Assembly (NCBI GenBank): GCA_964493265.1
Contig: CAZBLY010000002.1
Location: forward strand, 43,962-90,145
Reading direction: 5' to 3'
Source of the DNA: Candidatus Woesearchaeota archaeon
Lineage (GTDB): Archaea > Nanobdellota > Nanobdellia > Pacearchaeales > UBA284
Length of the DNA stretch: 46,184 bases
Shown in pieces: positions 26,706-35,300 of the stretch (the first letter of the stretch is position 1; the number at the start of each line of letters is the position of its first letter). The position numbers and the translations under genes were made by a program. The notes below the pieces were generated by a model, which did no database searches, was not told the DNA's origin, and saw only the letters and a program-made list of their open reading frames with translations.

Positions 26706-27278
26706 ATGATAACTTATCAAGAAATTTATGACATATTAAGGAAAGAAAAGTATAATGAAGCCTTGCAGCAACTTCCTAAGAAATTTTTAAAGGAAATAGC
26801 TTCTTATCTTGCTGAGAAAAAAGACATTGTCAATAGAGAACAGAAAAATACCGGGCTTTTTTCAGACACTTTAAGAATAACAAGAAAGCAATTGGATAAT
26901 ACCCTATCTATAATAAAAGAGATTATTGCAATTCGTGAACGTAAGGTTCTAAATCTATCTTTTACAGCAGCATTAACTGAAATAAGTAAAAGGGATACTG
27001 ATAATTTACTTGAACATGAGAAAGAACTTTTTAAAGTTACAGTTAGTAAACTTGAAGAAAATCAGAAAATGGTGAGCAGAAAATTAAATGGCCAAACAAA
27101 AGAAGAGAAGAAAGATTTAAAAAATATTCTTATTAGGTTTAAAGATGAAGTATCGGCTTTTCTTGATGCTGAAGGTTCTGAACTTGGACCTTTTAAATCA
27201 GGAGACATTGTTAACCTTCCAAAAGATATAGCTGAAATTCTTTTGAGTGATGAAAAAGCTGTATTAGTTAATGAATAA
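26706..27278 (+). CDS. GINS complex subunit (Gins51-like)
   Basis: The N-terminal pattern YQEIYDILRKEKYNEALQQLPKKFLKEI, then IIKEIIAIRERKVLNLS, HEKELFKVTV and the C-terminal beta domain GDIVNLPKDIAEILL match the archaeal Gins51 layout as I recall it. Confidence 0.6.
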   Translation: MITYQEIYDILRKEKYNEALQQLPKKFLKEIASYLAEKKDIVNREQKNTGLFSDTLRITRKQLDNTLSIIKEIIAIRERKVLNLSFTAALTEISKRDTDNLLEHEKELFKVTVSKLEENQKMVSRKLNGQTKEEKKDLKNILIRFKDEVSAFLDAEGSELGPFKSGDIVNLPKDIAEILLSDEKAVLVNE

Positions 27279-27337
27279 TAAATAATAAAAAATAAAGTCA
27301 AAAAACGAAAAATAAAAAATAAAATGGAATTAAAGAA

Positions 27338-27547
27338 ATGATATTAAATTATCTTGATGAATGTGTTGGGAAAACAACGCCAATAAAAGAAGGGTGTAAA
27401 ATTTGTAAAGATGGAGAGAATGATTATATAAATAAAGAATGTACATTACGTATTACTTATAGAGAATTAATTACAGATTATGCAAAAAATAAAGAAAACC
27501 GTTCTAAACGGGAGATCTTAGAATCTTCTCTAACATATCTAAAATGA
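27338..27547 (+). CDS. Hypothetical small Cys-containing protein, 69 aa
   Basis: Its stop overlaps the L44e start (ATGA at 27544-27547), which suggests translational coupling. Four Cys (C8, C20, C23, C34). Confidence 0.4.
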   Translation: MILNYLDECVGKTTPIKEGCKICKDGENDYINKECTLRITYRELITDYAKNKENRSKREILESSLTYLK

Positions 27548-27861
27548 AAATTCCAAAAAAAACAAAAAGATATTGCCCATATTGTAAGAAGTATACAGAA
27601 CATAAAATTACGCAGGCAAAAACAGGGCATAAAAGAGGAAAACTTAAGAGAGGTTCTTTGGAAAGGGTTAAAAAAAGAGGTCTCGGAAGAGGAAAAGGAA
27701 ATCTTGGCAGGTGGGGAAGTAAACCAGCCATAACAAAATGGAAGAGAAAATCTAAAAGCACTAAAAAAACAAATCTGCTTTATACTTGCAAGGTTTGTGG
27801 TAAGAGCAAGATTCAAAAAAAAGGAAAAAGATCTGGAAGAATAGTATTTAAAGAGAAATAA
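27544..27861 (+). CDS. rpl44e: 50S ribosomal protein L44e (eL42)
   Basis: Motifs MKIPKKTKRYCPYCKKYTEHK and YTCKVCGK form the zinc ribbon. Basic composition. Confidence 0.85.
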   Translation: MKIPKKTKRYCPYCKKYTEHKITQAKTGHKRGKLKRGSLERVKKRGLGRGKGNLGRWGSKPAITKWKRKSKSTKKTNLLYTCKVCGKSKIQKKGKRSGRIVFKEK

Positions 27862-27911
27862 AATATAAAATATATTGAAATAAGATTAAATTAAAAGATT
27901 AAAGATAAAAA

Positions 27912-28439
27912 ATGGTTGTACTAAAGAAAAAATATTTTGATGTTAAACTTGAAATTTTTAATACAACAATCTCTTTATTGGCTTTTAAACCAGAAGAACT
28001 TAAAGGTAGAAAAGTAAAATTTGATTTAACAAAAATTTTGAAAGGTAAAAATTGTGAAGGTCGTTTTGTTGTCAAAGAGAAAAATGGCCAACTTATAGGT
28101 GAGATGTATGAATTTAAACTTCATCTTTCATATATCAGAAGATTAATAGGTAGAAATATTAGTATTATTGAGGATTCTTTTATATGTAAAACAAAAGAAG
28201 GGGATTTTATAGTTAAGCCTTTTTTAATAACTAGAAAGAGAGTCCATAGATCTGTCAGAAAAGCTTTGAGAGATGAAGCAAAAGAGTTTTTAATAAAAGA
28301 TTTAGAAAATAAGACAAGAACCAATTTATTTCAAGAAGTTGTTTTATCAACTATTCAAAAACAACTTAGTAAAAAACTCAAGAAAATCTATCCTCTTGCA
28401 GTCTGTGAACTTAGAATAGTTAAAGTAAAAGCCAAGTGA
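27912..28439 (+). CDS. rps3ae: 30S ribosomal protein S3Ae (eS1)
   Basis: KKKYFDVKLEIF, IVKPFLITRKRV and the C-terminal KKIYPLAVCELRIVKV match conserved S3Ae blocks. Confidence 0.8.
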   Translation: MVVLKKKYFDVKLEIFNTTISLLAFKPEELKGRKVKFDLTKILKGKNCEGRFVVKEKNGQLIGEMYEFKLHLSYIRRLIGRNISIIEDSFICKTKEGDFIVKPFLITRKRVHRSVRKALRDEAKEFLIKDLENKTRTNLFQEVVLSTIQKQLSKKLKKIYPLAVCELRIVKVKAK

Positions 28440-28453
28440 AATTAAAGATAAAG

Positions 28454-28460
28454 TTTAAAA
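28454..28460 (+). promoter_or_regulatory. Candidate TATA box (TTTAAAA) for tRNA-Thr
   Basis: Lies about 25-31 nt upstream of the tRNA 5' end. Confidence 0.4.
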
Positions 28461-28484
28461 GTTTTCTAATATAAGTTATTTTAT

Positions 28485-28556
28485 GCTTCAGTAGCTCAGT
28501 TGGTAGAGCGACGGTTTTGTAAACCGTAGGTCGGGGGTTCGGATCCCCCCTGAAGC
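28485..28556 (+). tRNA. tRNA-Thr (anticodon UGU), 72 nt, no intron, CCA not encoded
   Basis: Hand-folded cloverleaf: acceptor GCTTCAG/CTGAAGC, D stem GCTC/GAGC, anticodon stem ACGGT/ACCGT with loop TTTGTAA, T stem GGGGG/CCCCC. Confidence 0.9.
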
Positions 28557-28575
28557 TTTTGTTAATCTTTGTCTT

Positions 28576-28941
28576 TTATTTGCTATTTTTTAATTTTTTA
28601 TATTTGTCATAGATATTCTTTATTTCTGGTTCATTAGTTTCTCTGGATAAAAAAGCTTCTCCTTCCATTGCCGCAAACCTCTCAAACCATCTTGCAGCCC
28701 CGGTTTCTGTTTTAGTGTCTCCTATTTTTTTAATATAATATATATTTTTTCCAAAAGGATCTCTTATAGTTAAGTAAATATTATAAAAATTCTTTTTCTT
28801 AGTTATTTGACATAATCCTTCCATGCTGGTTTCTTCTGAAAGCTTATACATTCTAACAAACTTCTCATCATTTTGAACAAGCTCCCAATTTATTTTTTCT
28901 AATTGTTCTGTAACTTCATCTATTGTTTTATTCAGTATCAT
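28576..28941 (-). CDS. Hypothetical protein, 121 aa
   Basis: ORF only. No family recognised. Confidence 0.45.
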   Translation of the reverse strand: MILNKTIDEVTEQLEKINWELVQNDEKFVRMYKLSEETSMEGLCQITKKKNFYNIYLTIRDPFGKNIYYIKKIGDTKTETGAARWFERFAAMEGEAFLSRETNEPEIKNIYDKYKKLKNSK

Positions 28942-28991
28942 ATTCTTTTGTTTAACATAATCTTTAAATAAGTATCTTCTTTTTATTTTTT

Positions 28992-29381
28992 ATGATAAAA
29001 ATTTATGAGATTCCAACAGATAAGTTAGATAAAATAAAAAATATTCTTGAAGCTCCTGAAAAAGCTGTTGGTGAACTTGATGTTGAGATTGAAAAAGAAG
29101 CTGGCAGAAAAGGAAGCAAAGTTGAAAAAGCTAAAGAATGGAAAATTAATGAATTTAAAAGACAAGGTTATATTTTAAGAGATGCTAAAGCTTTAGAAAT
29201 AGACAAGAAAATTTCTTATCTTTATATTGATGCTAACGAGGATTTTTTTGAAAGAAATGAAAAAGTTTTGGTTGAAGCTGGGGCAGAAGTTTTAAAAGAT
29301 AAAGAATATAATGAAATAAAGGAAAAGATAGATAAACTTGAGAGTGGCGCTTCACAAGGTATGGGTTTAATTTTTAAATAA
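28992..29381 (+). CDS. Hypothetical acidic protein, 129 aa, C-terminal GMGLIF tail
   Basis: ORF only. See the finding on the stalk-like C terminus. Confidence 0.45.
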   Translation: MIKIYEIPTDKLDKIKNILEAPEKAVGELDVEIEKEAGRKGSKVEKAKEWKINEFKRQGYILRDAKALEIDKKISYLYIDANEDFFERNEKVLVEAGAEVLKDKEYNEIKEKIDKLESGASQGMGLIFK

Positions 29382-29385
29382 TAAA

Positions 29386-29838
29386 ATGGCGTATGAAAAT
29401 AAAAAACAAAATATAATTATAGATGAAAAAGAAGAACAGGATTTTAATGAATATTTTTCTGGAAAATTAGGGCATCATCAAGTTTTGGAAATGCTCTGTA
29501 AAGATAGGCAAACGTCGCTAAAAAAATTATCTACTTCTTTTAATTATTTTGGCAATAAGGAGAGAATTTATGTAGTAAGTAAGAAAGCAGGAGTAAATTT
29601 AAAAGATTTAAAATCAAAAAAACATAAAGAAATTGTTGATTTATTATCTAATATAAAAGGAAAGACCACACAACATTATTCTCTTGATTTTTCTAATTAT
29701 AATATTCATTTTTTTAATTTTATTGAACATGAAGATAAAGAAATCTATGGTTTGGGCAGATATTGTCCTTGGAGTTATAGTGAATCTTATTGGGAAGGAT
29801 TAAGGCAAAATGCTATTAAAGAAGCAGAAGCTGCTTAA
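29386..29838 (+). CDS. Hypothetical protein, 150 aa
   Basis: Starts 4 nt after the previous gene. No family recognised. Confidence 0.45.
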   Translation: MAYENKKQNIIIDEKEEQDFNEYFSGKLGHHQVLEMLCKDRQTSLKKLSTSFNYFGNKERIYVVSKKAGVNLKDLKSKKHKEIVDLLSNIKGKTTQHYSLDFSNYNIHFFNFIEHEDKEIYGLGRYCPWSYSESYWEGLRQNAIKEAEAA

Positions 29839-29868
29839 ACAATCTTAATCTTTTTAAATTGCTTTTTC

Positions 29869-29876
29869 TTTATATT
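29869..29876 (+). promoter_or_regulatory. Candidate TATA box (TTTATATT) for tRNA-Val
   Basis: Lies about 17-24 nt upstream of the tRNA 5' end. Confidence 0.4.
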
Positions 29877-29892
29877 TTTGTTATTTTTGGTT

Positions 29893-29965
29893 GGGCCCGT
29901 GGTCTAGTGGTTATGACGTTGCCTTGACGTGGCAAAGATCGCAGGTTCGAGTCCTGCCGGGCCCA
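29893..29965 (+). tRNA. tRNA-Val (anticodon GAC), 73 nt, no intron, CCA not encoded
   Basis: Acceptor GGGCCCG/CGGGCCC, anticodon stem TTGCC/GGCAA with loop TTGACGT, T stem GCAGG/CCTGC, T loop TTCGAGT. Confidence 0.9.
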
Positions 29966-30013
29966 CTCATAAAATAAAAGAGGAAAAAAGAAAAAAGAAA
30001 CAAAAAATAAAAA

Positions 30014-30343
30014 ATGATAAAAAAAGAAGAAGAAAAACTTTTTGCATTTTTGTGTTATCTAATTTCAATAATTGGCGTGATTATTGTATTAGCAACAAAA
30101 AAGGAAAGAAGCAAATTCAGCATTTATCATGCAAAACAAGGGTTAGTGTTATTTATAGCATATATTATTGTAGCAATTTTGTGGTCTATTTTAGGATTTA
30201 TACCTATAATTGGAGCAATAATATCTGCGGTTTTGTGGTTATTGATGCTGGCTTTATGGATTATTGGAATAGTTAATTCATTGAATGAAAAAATGGTTCC
30301 ATTACCTGTAATAGGGCAATTTGCAAAAACTTTCAAATTTTAA
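30014..30343 (+). CDS. Small membrane protein, DUF4870-like
   Basis: Three hydrophobic spans and the K..S.F..YHAKQGL pattern seen in DUF4870-type proteins. Confidence 0.5.
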   Translation: MIKKEEEKLFAFLCYLISIIGVIIVLATKKERSKFSIYHAKQGLVLFIAYIIVAILWSILGFIPIIGAIISAVLWLLMLALWIIGIVNSLNEKMVPLPVIGQFAKTFKF

Positions 30344-30457
30344 AAACACTAAAAATAAAGAAGAGAAGCAAAAGTAGAAGTAGTAGAAATGTAATAAAAT
30401 TTATATATGCATTTTTCTTTTCCAAAATAGAAGAGAAGAGAAAAAGAGGCGCCTCAA

Positions 30458-32317
30458 ATGCAGAAGAAAGCACAAGTTACTCTTTTTATAATAATAGCTG
30501 TAATAGTGTTAGCTGCTGCTCTCTTCTCTTTCTTTTATTTTAGACAACCAATAATTAATATTCCTTCTGAAATCAGGCCAGTTGAAAATTATTTTATTGA
30601 TTGTGTTTCTGAGCACGTTAAAGAAGCTTCAAAAATAGCTGGAATGCAAGCTGGTTATTTAGAGATGCCAGAATTTGAAGCTGGTTCAGAACATATGCCG
30701 TTTTCATCTCGTTTGGATTTTCTTGGAATGGAAGTTCCTTATTGGTTTTATGTTTCTGGAAATAATTTGGCCAGAGAAAAAAGACCAGAAATTGTTGATA
30801 TTGAAAAGCAATTTTCAAATTATTTAACAAAAAAGATTCAAGAATGTAATCTTGATGATTTTGTTAATAAAGGTTATGAAATTGAAAAAGAAAATGAACC
30901 AGTTATTAGTGTTGATATAAAAGAAAATTCTATTGAGACCAATGTTTATTGGCCTTTTGTTATTAGTTTTGATGAAACCACATCCAGGATAAATGAACAT
31001 AAAGTTTCAACAAAATCTAATTTTGGCAGCTTATATGAAACAGCCAACACCATTTATGAAGCTGAACAGGATAAATATTTTTTAGATAATTATGCTCTTG
31101 ATGTTTTGAGATTATATGCTCCTAATACAGGTATTGAATTAAGTTGCGCTCCCAAAACCTGGTTAGTTTCTGAAATTAAAGATGAAATTAATCAAGCTCT
31201 TGAAGGCAATATTGGCGCTGTAAAAGTTTCTGGAAATTATTATAGATTAGCTAGTTCTGAAAACAAATATTTTGAAGTTGATGTTGGAAGAAAAATCAGT
31301 GAGAATGTTTATTTTCTTTATTCTAGAAATATGCCCCATATTTTTGAAGTCTGGCCTTCTGAAAATGATCTTATGATGGCTGAACCAATTGGAAATCAAC
31401 CCGGTCTTGGCTTGCTTGGAAGTATTGGTTTTTGTTATGTTCCTTATCATTTTATTTATGATTTAAAATTTCCTGTTATGGTTCAAATTATTGATGGGGA
31501 GAATATTTTTCAGTTTCCTGTTCTTATTATGATTGATAAAAACACTATAAGAAATGTTTCTGAAGTTGAAAGTGGGGAGGTTGTTTTTGATATTTGTGAC
31601 CATAAAACTCAACAAGCCACAATATTTACTTATGATGAAAATTCAGCCCCTCTAAAAGCAGATATTGGTTACAAGTGCTTTAATCAAATTTGTGATGTTG
31701 GAAAAACAACCCTTAAAGAGGGGAAAGCCTCTCTTACCACTTTATTACCTCAATGTTATAATGGATTTTTAATTGCCAAAGCGCCAGATTATATAACTTC
31801 AAAACTCCAAGTTTCAAGTACAGAGTCTTTTGTAACTAACATATTCTTAAATCCAATTCATACTTTTGATGTTGAAATTAATTTAGGCAGTAATGAAAAT
31901 GCTGTAATTAATTTTGTTTCAGATGATTATTCCACCACCTTATATTATCCAGAACAAAAAACAGTAACTTTAGCTGAAGGAACTTATGAAATTTCGGTTC
32001 AACTTTTTAAGGAATCATCTATCACTCTAGAAGCTCAAACTGTTGAAAAATGCATTAAAATTCCTGAAGGTGGTGTTGCTGGAATGTTTGGAGCAATGCA
32101 AGAACAGTGTTTTGATCTTGAAATTCCTGCAGAAAGTTTAACTAATGTACTTTTTGGCGGGGGCTCAACAGAATTTTCAGTTACAGAATCTGAATTATCT
32201 AGCAATTCAAAAATAAAAATCGATGTTCCTTCATTTGATGTTCCAAAAGATGTGCTTGAATTAACAGATATTTATAGTATTATTGAATTAAGTGAGGTTC
32301 AAATCAGTTTATCATAA
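30458..32317 (+). CDS. Envelope protein with pilin-like N terminus, 619 aa, no recognisable domain
   Basis: MQKKAQ|VTLFIIIAVIVLAAALFSFFYF. GAGG motif upstream (aaagaggcgcctcaaatg). Lies 41 nt upstream of the giant gene on the same strand. Confidence 0.6.
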   Translation: MQKKAQVTLFIIIAVIVLAAALFSFFYFRQPIINIPSEIRPVENYFIDCVSEHVKEASKIAGMQAGYLEMPEFEAGSEHMPFSSRLDFLGMEVPYWFYVSGNNLAREKRPEIVDIEKQFSNYLTKKIQECNLDDFVNKGYEIEKENEPVISVDIKENSIETNVYWPFVISFDETTSRINEHKVSTKSNFGSLYETANTIYEAEQDKYFLDNYALDVLRLYAPNTGIELSCAPKTWLVSEIKDEINQALEGNIGAVKVSGNYYRLASSENKYFEVDVGRKISENVYFLYSRNMPHIFEVWPSENDLMMAEPIGNQPGLGLLGSIGFCYVPYHFIYDLKFPVMVQIIDGENIFQFPVLIMIDKNTIRNVSEVESGEVVFDICDHKTQQATIFTYDENSAPLKADIGYKCFNQICDVGKTTLKEGKASLTTLLPQCYNGFLIAKAPDYITSKLQVSSTESFVTNIFLNPIHTFDVEINLGSNENAVINFVSDDYSTTLYYPEQKTVTLAEGTYEISVQLFKESSITLEAQTVEKCIKIPEGGVAGMFGAMQEQCFDLEIPAESLTNVLFGGGSTEFSVTESELSSNSKIKIDVPSFDVPKDVLELTDIYSIIELSEVQISLS

Positions 32318-32358
32318 AATATCATAAAATAAATTAAAATTAAAATTAAGAATAAAGA

Positions 32359-35300
32359 ATGAAAATAGAAATTCAAATAAAAGAAAGAACAATGTTTTTA
32401 TTTGTAATAGGTTTTATTTTTATTTTAATGGCAATGATTTTGACTTCTGTTTTAATTTTAGCTGAAGAAACTCCTGGATTTAATCAACAAGTTCAATCAC
32501 AACCATATATTTATGAAAATGCACAAGCAAGTCCCTGGATGCAAGTTCCCTGGCAAGATAAATATTGTAATGAATCTGAAATGGGGATGGATTTTATTGT
32601 GGAAATTCCTCCTGATGCTTGTACTCCTGCAGTTGTTCGTTCTGATTTATTGGAAGAACAGGATGTTCCTGTTTTTTGTAGAATGACCGGAATCAAAATA
32701 AATCCTTTAATTCAAATCCCTTATATAAAAAGCATTGTTCCAACTGTTGAAGACAGATCTCCTGAAATTAATTATATTACTTTTCTTCCTGCTAGATATG
32801 CTTTGAGTTATTATGCTTCAAAAGATCAAAAACCAGCAAGTTTCCAAGGTGTTCCTAGTATGTCTAATCTAGGTTATCTTTTAATTGATTTAAAAAGCCA
32901 GCCAGTAGAAGAAAAGATGCCTGATAATGTTAGAGCAAATATTTCCTTGAAATTAAGATATGATGTTGGAAAAACTTATGGAATTAATGAACACCAATTT
33001 ATTCTTCCTTTATTGGGTAATGATGAATGGCAAAAAGAATATGAAAAATATAATTTTTGGCAAGGTAAGGGTTTTTTAAGATTAAATGAGATAACTGGTC
33101 CAAATACTGCTAAAGTTTCTGTCTATACTTCTGTTAATTCAATTCCAACCACCAAAGAAGTCCGTGTTGGTGTTGTTCCAGGAAAAGGAGATGAAATTAT
33201 GTTGCCTGGATTTTATTGTGGAGTTGGTGTTAACTTAAGATTAGATGAGATAACTGTTCCAAAAACAAGAGCAAGACTTATTGTAAATGGTGATGAGCTT
33301 TTGATAGGTGAAGGAGAAGAGATTCAAGATTCAGATTGTTATGTTGTTTCAATTATTCCATCCCTTTATTCTTATGGCGGGGATGTTAAAATTAGATGTG
33401 GTTCAAAAGATCCTCAATTTTTATCATTAGAAGATCTAGAAGCAAATATTGAAATAAGAGATGGTGCAGAAATAACATCAAAAAAAGTTGGTATTGGTGA
33501 TGATTTGGAATTAAGTAAAGATGTTGAAGGAATAAATCACGTTTATGTTGGGTTTATTGGAAAAGAACTTGCAAAAGATGGTTTAACTGATATTATGGTT
33601 TTATTTCAAAAAGAAAATGCAGATGCGCTTAATGAAAAATCAATAGAAAAAATTTCTAAAGTTATTCATGATTATGTTGAAGCAAAAAGACAGAAAGCAT
33701 TGAATGTGATGTCAGAAGGGATGTGGAAGACTGAAATAGAAAAAGAATTAATTAAGAAAAAACATTCTGAACTTAAAAAAACAAAAATTTATGTTGTGAA
33801 AAAAGGTGCAGGATATAAAGATATAAATGGGGCAAAATCTGAAGTTAAGTTGGTTTCTGTTGAAGGCCCTATGCAGGCAAAATATTCAAACGGGGTTGAG
33901 GCAGCTTATAAAGAAGCAATTGAACAATACAAAGATATTGCATATGGTTATTCAGAAACATATAATGAAGAAGGAACATATTATGGAATTAAAGCTTATG
34001 ATGAAGCAGTTAAATTAGCAGAATATATGCATAAAACCAATGATCAAGTTTCTTTGCTTCAAGAAATGATTAATAAATATTCTGATTCTGAAGAATATGA
34101 AGTAATAGAAGAGGTTGAACATGCAAGAGAAATATTAAGAAGAATAACAGCGGTTGGCGGAGATAATGTTAAACAATTTAAAAGTCAGGAAGGACTTTTT
34201 TTAATCCGGTTAGTTTCAATTGAAAAACCTTCTACAGAAATGCAATCTGCTGAAATAGAAGTTGATGGCGTAAGGAAAATTTATTCAATTTATACTGAAG
34301 TTAATGATTGGGAAATTATTAATATAGATGATGCCAGTATTATCCTTGAAAATAAAACAGGAAGTAAGGAAACAATAGTTAAAGGTTCTTGGAAATATTT
34401 AGATAAAAAGAAAATTTATCTTATTGATACAAAAATAAAAAGAGAGGTTAAAATAAGTGTTCTTCCATTTGAGAAAGAAAGAACAACCACAGTAAACTTC
34501 ACTGTCCAGATAGGAATTGAAAAAAGAGCTATTAAATTAAGTCCAGAAAAAACCAAAGACATGATTAGAAATTTAGATAATCTGATTTCTAAATTTGAAG
34601 GAATAAATAAAAATCTTGGCAATGTTGTAAGTTTTTGGAATAAAGCTTGTTATGTTGGGGCTGGTGCTTTATGGATCAAAAATTTTATAACAGGTTTAGG
34701 TGGAAAAGCAACTGCAAGAAAGATGGTTATGGATAAATGGTCTATTAAATGTTCTAATAAAGCTTATCAAAACCAGATAGGTGCAAAAAGTATTTCAGAT
34801 TGTTATAGGAAAAAAGAAACTGCTATAAATGATGATATAGAAATTATGCAGAATTCTTTGAATGGTGCTAATGATTTTATTAAAGATGTTAAAAAACAAG
34901 ATGGTGTTATGGTAAGTGGTGGTTTATTGGGTTTGGATAAGACACCTAATGAAAAAAAATTCATGGAAGTTGCTCAAGAAAATTTTCCTCAAGAACTTCG
35001 AGATATAAAAATAATAGGTAAGGATGGTCAAGAAATAGATTCATCAGAAATCATAGACAATATAACTAGTTTAAATAATCAAGGTTATATTTTTAAGGAC
35101 GATGTCAAAGATCTTCACTTAAGACTTGATTTATATAAAAATTGTCAAGGCAATCCAGATTCTGTTTTATGTGGTTCTGTTTTGGAAGGAACTTATGGAC
35201 AATTAGATTATTTCACCGAGAGTCTTGAAAATGTTGAAACAAAAAGTGCTTATAACTCTCTTTTTGGTCATAATCCTGTGGTTGTAAGAGAAAAAGATAT

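Noticed and set aside
27478-27816. Minus-strand ORFs 27478-27816 and 27504-27761.
   Set aside because: They are antisense to rpl44e, which has unambiguous zinc-ribbon and basic motifs.
29929-30276. 115-aa ORF starting inside tRNA-Val and overlapping the DUF4870-like gene; also the antisense ORF 30127-30336.
   Set aside because: It begins within the tRNA gene body and runs out of frame across a better membrane-protein ORF (30014-30343). It is an artefact.
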